Part shown: positions 8,867-12,996 of the stretch, piece by piece
Layout of the letters: each line of letters begins with the position of its first letter
Numbering within the stretch: the first letter of the stretch is position 1
NCBI GenBank assembly: GCA_039091855.1
Contig: JAWCLA010000020.1
Coordinates: 1-12,996 of the forward strand
DNA length: 12,996 nt
DNA from: Candidatus Aenigmatarchaeota archaeon
Lineage (GTDB): Archaea > Aenigmatarchaeota > Aenigmatarchaeia > QMZP01
Direction: 5' to 3'
The notes under the pieces: model-generated
What the model was told of the DNA's origin: nothing
What the model saw: the letters and a program-made list of their open reading frames with translations, nothing else
Databases searched by the model: none
Translations under genes and position numbers: made by a program

Positions 8867-8882
8867 GCAAAAACTATATAAA
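8867..8882 (+). promoter_or_regulatory. Putative BRE/TATA promoter for rps8e (divergent from the lsm promoter at about 8842-8850)
   Basis: GCAAAAAC-TATATAAA on the + strand; TTTAAATA on the - strand at about 8842-8849. Confidence 0.5.
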
Positions 8883-8922
8883 GGATTGCTGTATTAGTAG
8901 AATAAGTACCAGATTGCAAAGC

Positions 8923-9105
8923 GAATTGTCACAAGGCGAAGGTTAAGTGGAAGTTCCGAAGGAACTTCTCCGTCAAGTCGGAAAGGTAAACAATAATAAT
9001 GTGAATTGTCACAAGGCGAAGGTTAAGTGGAAGTTCCGAAGGAACTTCTCCGTCAAGTCGGAAAGGTAAACAATAATAATGTGAATTGTCACAAGGCGAA
9101 GGTTA
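8923..9105. repeat. Exact tandem repeat: two 80-bp units plus a 23-bp partial third unit
   Basis: Units start at 8923, 9003 and 9083 (GAATTGTCACAAGGCGAAGGTTA...). The units are identical, each full unit contains the hairpin GAAGTTCC-GAA-GGAACTTC, and the last base is the A of the rps8e ATG. Confidence 0.97.
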
Positions 9106-9503
9106 TGGTAAGATGGCACTTACGCTCGAACAGGACACCTACCGGGGCATTGGTAAAGAGGAGCAGCAAGAAAAAAAGGTTTCAAAGAGGCTCTGAGTTT
9201 CTGGAGACTAAAATAGGCAAAAAAAGGACAAAAACAAAGCGATGTAGGGGTGGAAACCAAAAAACCAAGCTTCTTTCTATTGATTTTGCAAATGTTGCTG
9301 ACCCAAAGACAGGAAGAATGCAAAAGGCAAAGATAATCTCTGTCCAGGAAAATCCTGCAAACCCGCACTACATAAGAAGGAACATCATAACAAAGGGCGC
9401 TGTGATTAAAACTGATATGGGTCTGGCAAAGGTTACATCAAGGCCAGGACAGCACGGGACTGTTAATGCAGTTCTTATAGAAGAAAAGAAAGCCTCAAAG
9501 TGA
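9105..9503 (+). CDS. rps8e: 30S ribosomal protein S8e
   Basis: RS.R.PTG, R.RGGN.K.KL, ANV.DP.TG, ENPANPHY.RRNIITKGAVI.T..G.A.VTSRPGQ.G.VNAVL. The true start is ATG 9105; the longer ORF is read-through of the repeat. Confidence 0.97.
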   Translation: MVRWHLRSNRTPTGALVKRSSKKKRFQRGSEFLETKIGKKRTKTKRCRGGNQKTKLLSIDFANVADPKTGRMQKAKIISVQENPANPHYIRRNIITKGAVIKTDMGLAKVTSRPGQHGTVNAVLIEEKKASK

Positions 9504-9511
9504 CTTTTGGG

Positions 9512-10633
9512 CTAAAACATTTCCCTCATCCTTTCAAAGAAACCCTTGCCTGTTTCCGCCTTTCTCTCTCCCAAAAATTCCCTTATCAAATGCTCTTGTT
9601 TTCTGGAAAGCCTTTTGGGTATCTCAACAACAACCTTTACAAGCTGGTCGCCTCTCTTTCCTGATTTTATGTGAGGCATTCCCTGTCCCTTCAGGCGAAA
9701 GACGGTATGGCTCTGGGTTCCTGGTGGTATTTTAAGTCTTGCCGTTCCTGTTAAGGTTGGTATTGTTATCTCCCCGCCTAAGATTGCAGTTCCTATGTCT
9801 ATGGTTGTCTTGCAGAAAATGTCATTGCCGTGCCTCTCAAAAACAGGATGCTCCTTTACCCTGATTTCTATGTAAAGGTCGCCTGACGGTCCTCCTTTAT
9901 AACCGGGCTGTCCCTGTCCTGCAAGCCTGAGGTATTGACCATCATCCACTCCTGCTGGTATTTTTACCCTCACCTTTCTTGTTTTCCTTTCCTTTCCCGT
10001 GCCGTTGCAGTTTTTACACGGGACCTCTATTATCGTTCCTTCGCCTTCACACCTGTCGCAAGGAGATATGCTGATTGACTGCATAAACGCTGTTCTTTTA
10101 ACTGTCCTTATCTCCCCTGTGCCACCGCATTTCGGGCATTTTTTTGGATATGTTCCTGGCTTCGCCCCGCTTCCACTGCATACAGAGCATTGCTCAAATC
10201 TCGGAACTTCTATTTCTGTGTCCGCTCCACGGAATGCATCTTCCAGACTTATTTCAAGCTCGTATCTCAGGTCAGCACCCTCCTCCTGCTCATATCCGCT
10301 TCTTCCCCTCTCTCCAAAGCCAGAAAAAACATCAAATATGTCGCCAAAGCCAAAATTTTTGAACAGCTCGTCAAAGCTGAATGTCCTGAAGCCCGCAAAA
10401 TCCTCCGGCCTGAAGGCGGCATGGCCGAACTGGTCATATTGCGCCCTTTTTTCAGGATCACTCAAAACCTGGAATGCCTCGTTTATCTCCTTGAACCTCT
10501 CCTCTGCCTCCTTGTTCCCTGGGTTTACATCGGGATGCCACTTTCTAGCAAGATGCCTGAACGCCCTCTTTATCTCTTCCTGCGAGGCATTCCTGCTCAC
10601 GCCGAGTATCTCATAATAGTCCTTTTTTGTCAT
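9512..10633 (-). CDS. dnaJ: Chaperone DnaJ (class A Hsp40)
   Basis: J-domain DYYEILGV...WHPD, G/F region, four CxxCxGxG repeats, C-terminal IPAGVDDG and GDLY; GGAGG SD upstream. Confidence 0.97.
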   Translation of the reverse strand: MTKKDYYEILGVSRNASQEEIKRAFRHLARKWHPDVNPGNKEAEERFKEINEAFQVLSDPEKRAQYDQFGHAAFRPEDFAGFRTFSFDELFKNFGFGDIFDVFSGFGERGRSGYEQEEGADLRYELEISLEDAFRGADTEIEVPRFEQCSVCSGSGAKPGTYPKKCPKCGGTGEIRTVKRTAFMQSISISPCDRCEGEGTIIEVPCKNCNGTGKERKTRKVRVKIPAGVDDGQYLRLAGQGQPGYKGGPSGDLYIEIRVKEHPVFERHGNDIFCKTTIDIGTAILGGEITIPTLTGTARLKIPPGTQSHTVFRLKGQGMPHIKSGKRGDQLVKVVVEIPKRLSRKQEHLIREFLGERKAETGKGFFERMREMF

Positions 10634-10843
10634 ACATCCTCCGGATAATAATTTGATAATATGTCAGAAATATTTTTCGGGTATTTAAATCAAGCCTGTC
10701 TTTGCTTCTTTCCTGCCTCAAAAATCCTTTGCCACAAAAATGTATGCCTTTCCCGTATGGAATTGGTATTTCCGATTCTGTTAACTTATATAAGTATTAA
10801 CAATATAGGGTAATTAATCTTCTACTTAAAAGAGCTCTAAAGC

Positions 10844-11653
10844 CTAAAGCAGATTTGCAAGTTTCTTTATGTCTTTATTTGCGACGTGAGTGTAGATCTG
10901 CGTAGTCTTCAAATCTTTATGGCCTAATAACTGCTGAATGTATCGAATATCAGCACCAGATTCTAATAGATGGGTCGCAAAGCTGTGCCTTAGCGTATGT
11001 GGTGTCACATTCTTTTTGATTCCTGCTTTATTATGAGCGGATTTTACGATTTGCTGAATTGTCCGCTTGTTGTATTTTCTCTCTCTTTGAGAAATAAATA
11101 TTGAACCTTTTTCCTTAGTTCCGAAAATCCTCAAAGTTTCTATTAATCTTTTATGAAGAAATACGACCCTTTCTTTATCTCCTTTCGCCGTTTTTAGATG
11201 TATTATCTCTCTGTCAAAATCAATGTCGTCCCATTTAAGATTTCTTACTTCATCCAGACGAAGCCCTGCATAATAAAGAAACATAATAACAAGCTTGTGC
11301 TTCAAATTGTTTGTAGCTTCTATCATCTTGTTTATTTCTTCTTTGCTCAAAACTAAAGGCAGTTTCAACGACTTTCTCGCGAGGGGAAGTTTTTCCTCAA
11401 ATCGTGTATTTAGTACGTTTTCATAAAAGAACTTCAGAGCAAAGTATGCAGACCTCATTGTTGATTTGCTTTTAGTTGTGTAGGATAACAGAAATTCTCT
11501 TGGTGTTTTGCCTGAAGACAGAAATTCTTTAACTATGAAAATATATGATTTGCCTGTTTGATAGGAATATCTTCTGAGTTTTATTTCCTCAATCAGCTTG
11601 CCAATAAGTTTATACTTTTCTTCTGGAGAATAGATTTTACTATTATCTGCCAT
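10844..11653 (-). CDS. Tyrosine recombinase, integron-integrase/Xer-like but without the IntI-specific insertion
   Basis: Intact catalytic set: GLR (R), KG.K (K), HTLRH (H-x-x-R), LLGH (H), IYTH (Y). The N-terminal LRRYSYQT..SY and KLPLVLS resemble integron integrases. Only 269 aa. Confidence 0.93.
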   Translation of the reverse strand: MADNSKIYSPEEKYKLIGKLIEEIKLRRYSYQTGKSYIFIVKEFLSSGKTPREFLLSYTTKSKSTMRSAYFALKFFYENVLNTRFEEKLPLARKSLKLPLVLSKEEINKMIEATNNLKHKLVIMFLYYAGLRLDEVRNLKWDDIDFDREIIHLKTAKGDKERVVFLHKRLIETLRIFGTKEKGSIFISQRERKYNKRTIQQIVKSAHNKAGIKKNVTPHTLRHSFATHLLESGADIRYIQQLLGHKDLKTTQIYTHVANKDIKKLANLL

Positions 11654-11683
11654 ACATTTTATTATGGAAACTAACTTTATAAA

Positions 11684-11750
11684 ATCTCGCTTTTTATACT
11701 CATATATACTATAAAACGAATATTTATCTCGCTTAATAGTTGTTCAACGC
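11684..11750 (+). other. Putative attI-like primary recombination site with crossover G|TT at 11742/11743
   Basis: Lies just upstream of the divergent recombinase. GTTCAAC core at 11742-11748; direct repeats ATCTCGCTT at 11684-11692 and 11726-11734. Confidence 0.55.
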
Positions 11751-11774
11751 AATGCTCACTACGGGGCTCCAAAA

Positions 11775-11788
11775 GAAAAATTTAAATA
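11775..11788 (+). promoter_or_regulatory. BRE/TATA promoter of the HNH gene (probably leaderless)
   Basis: GAAAAA-TTTAAATA ending 23 nt before ATG 11812. Confidence 0.6.
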
Positions 11789-11811
11789 CAAACTAGTAAT
11801 AATGAATTATT

Positions 11812-12216
11812 ATGCCAAGAAATCCATTTGCGATTGATATAAAACCTGTTGATATTTGGGGAACTTCAAAAAAATCTAAAAAGAGGAAAAATATTTCTTT
11901 TACAGAAAAAGCAATTTTATGGGAAAAAAATAAATCACACATTTGTCATATCTGCAGACAGAAAATACATTCTTTAACTGAAGCAGAAGTTGACCATATA
12001 AGAGCACATTCTAAAGGTGGTCAGACTGTGAGTTGGGCACACCGTGCGTGTAATAGATTAAAAGGTAAAAAATCGCTTTCTGAAATTCATAGAAGATTAG
12101 GAATTAAAACTAAGTCTAAGAAAAGAAAATCTACTAGAAAGAAATCAAAAGGGAATTATTGGGTTAATCCTATAACAGGTAGAAAAGAAAAGGTCCAACC
12201 TTTATTTCGACTTTAA
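11812..12216 (+). CDS. HNH endonuclease with a basic C-terminal tail
   Basis: CHIC, EVDHI...SKGG and AHRACNRLKG; zinc-binding HNH pattern. Confidence 0.9.
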   Translation: MPRNPFAIDIKPVDIWGTSKKSKKRKNISFTEKAILWEKNKSHICHICRQKIHSLTEAEVDHIRAHSKGGQTVSWAHRACNRLKGKKSLSEIHRRLGIKTKSKKRKSTRKKSKGNYWVNPITGRKEKVQPLFRL

Positions 12217-12220
12217 ACAA

Positions 12221-12352
12221 CTAAAACTCGATTCGTGTCCTTCTTTTAGGTCTTCTTCTTGCTTTGAAACTAACTCTTTGACCACTACTTGTTCTAAAGG
12301 ACACAGGTCTCTTAGTTTTAGTTTTCTTTCTTCTTGCTAAAAACGATGGCAT
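12221..12352 (-). CDS. Small, highly basic 43-aa protein; absent from the ORF track
   Basis: Manual translation MPSFLARRKKTKTKRPVSFRTSSGQRVSFKARRRPKRRTRIEF (17 of 43 residues K/R, one acidic). It fills the gap between the HNH stop and the hairpin region and is preceded on the - strand by GCAAAA-TTTTTATA about 22 nt upstream. Confidence 0.65.
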   Translation of the reverse strand: MPSFLARRKKTKTKRPVSFRTSSGQRVSFKARRRPKRRTRIEF

Positions 12353-12457
12353 AATAATCAATAGAAACTTATTCTATAAAAATTTTGCGGAGCCCCTCCG
12401 TTCGCACTTCTTCGTCGCTTCGCTCCTCGACCACATTGCATTCTCACTTCGTTCGGG

Positions 12458-12547
12458 GCGTTGAACAGGCATTTTACGGCTCACTTCGTTGCACTCGTTC
12501 GCCAAAATTTCCCTGCGGGAAACTTCGTAAAATGCCATATGTTCATT
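12458..12547 (+). other. attC-like hairpin recombination site
   Basis: TGAACA (12462-12467) pairs with TGTTCA (12540-12545). GGCATTTTACG (12468-12478) pairs perfectly with CGTAAAATGCC (12526-12536), leaving a 3-nt ATA bulge. Inner hairpin TTTCCC-TGC-GGGAAA (12508-12522). The AAC...GTT triplets are conserved as in attC R''/R'. Confidence 0.7.
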
Positions 12548-12627
12548 TCAATCGCTCGGGCGCCTACGGTTCACGCTTCAAAATCAATTTAAACATTTGT
12601 TAAACATAAAATAAATTATCTGATTTA

Positions 12628-12996
12628 TTATGATTGTAGAATGCTTCTAAACTGAGATGAATTTTCCCATTCTGGAATTGTTATAAGATATCTACTAACA
12701 AAATGTTTTAATGCTTTTCTTCGGGTTCCAGCAGACGTTAATGTAGATTTCTCCCACAAATCTCTTCCAGAACTATCTTTTTCGATTAAGAAATCTTTAA
12801 GATTGGGAAATATTTTTTTGAAATTATCTTTTGTAAGTGGAAGATTCCTATATTCAAATTCTTTTTTGATATATGGTAATAATTCAATAAATATAGATAA
12901 CCCATAGTGACTTTTTATGAGAGAAGTTTTGTATTTTTTAGTTGGCCAAAGGTTACCAGAACATTCTTGAATTGCAGCTAAAAAATCATTAAGAAC
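12628..12996 (-). CDS. 3' part of a gene whose start is outside the window (cassette 2 cargo), possibly a DGQHR/DndB-like protein
   Basis: Open frame of 122 codons: VLNDFLAAIQECSGNLWPTKKYKTSLIKSHYGLSIFIELLPYI...RSILQS*. The 'N.F.AI....W....SLI...GL..FI.LL' pattern recalls DGQHR-domain C-termini. The ORF is solid; the family call is weak. Confidence 0.6.
   Translation of the reverse strand, partial: VLNDFLAAIQECSGNLWPTKKYKTSLIKSHYGLSIFIELLPYIKKEFEYRNLPLTKDNFKKIFPNLKDFLIEKDSSGRDLWEKSTLTSAGTRRKALKHFVSRYLITIPEWENSSQFRSILQS

Larger units (their letters stand above)
11743..12541 (+). mobile_element. Putative gene cassette 1 (799 bp)
   Basis: Bounded by two GTT cores. TGTTCAACGC (11741-11750) is the exact reverse complement of GCGTTGAACA (12458-12467), and GGGGCTCC (11763-11770) of GGAGCCCC (12389-12396). 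Confidence 0.65.

Noticed and set aside
9027-9104. N-terminal extension of S8e
   Set aside because: It is read-through of the tandem repeat; S8e homology begins at ATG 9105.
8923-9105. CRISPR mini-array (three 23-bp repeats)
   Set aside because: The two 57-bp spacers are identical, there are no cas genes, and the last repeat runs into the rps8e start. It is a tandem duplication.
10844-11653. Labelling the recombinase intI or xerA
   Set aside because: It lacks the IntI-specific insertion, and no dif-like 11-6-11 site was recognised while the context is accessory. Neither symbol is supportable without a phylogeny.
12385-12603. 72-aa ORF from the track
   Set aside because: TTG start and Ser/Arg-rich translation of the GC-rich hairpin site; better explained as non-coding structure.

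Overview
Archaeal genomic window (TBP, L35Ae, L37e, S8e, Sm/Lsm, Cdc48, PINA, BRE/TATA promoters; a DPANN-type lineage is plausible but cannot be proven from this window). A core backbone (cdc48, rpl35ae, PINA ATPase, tbp, rpl37e, lsm, rps8e, dnaJ) is interrupted by four accessory items. (1) A frameshifted IS5-family element lies next to a decayed second copy. (2) An AT-rich island holds an unknown ORF, an unannotated ribbon-helix-helix gene with a palindromic operator, an HPPY-type methyltransferase and a 4-Cys ORF. (3) An exact 80-bp tandem repeat precedes rps8e. (4) Most interesting is an integron-like system at the right end. Its tyrosine recombinase is IntI-like at both ends but lacks the IntI-specific insertion, and it is divergent from an attI-like site. 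The first ~800-bp cassette starts at G|TTCAACGC, which is exactly complementary to the R''-like end of its own downstream hairpin site. This cassette carries two convergent genes, each with a putative promoter (an HNH nuclease and an unannotated 43-aa basic peptide). A second cassette runs off the window.
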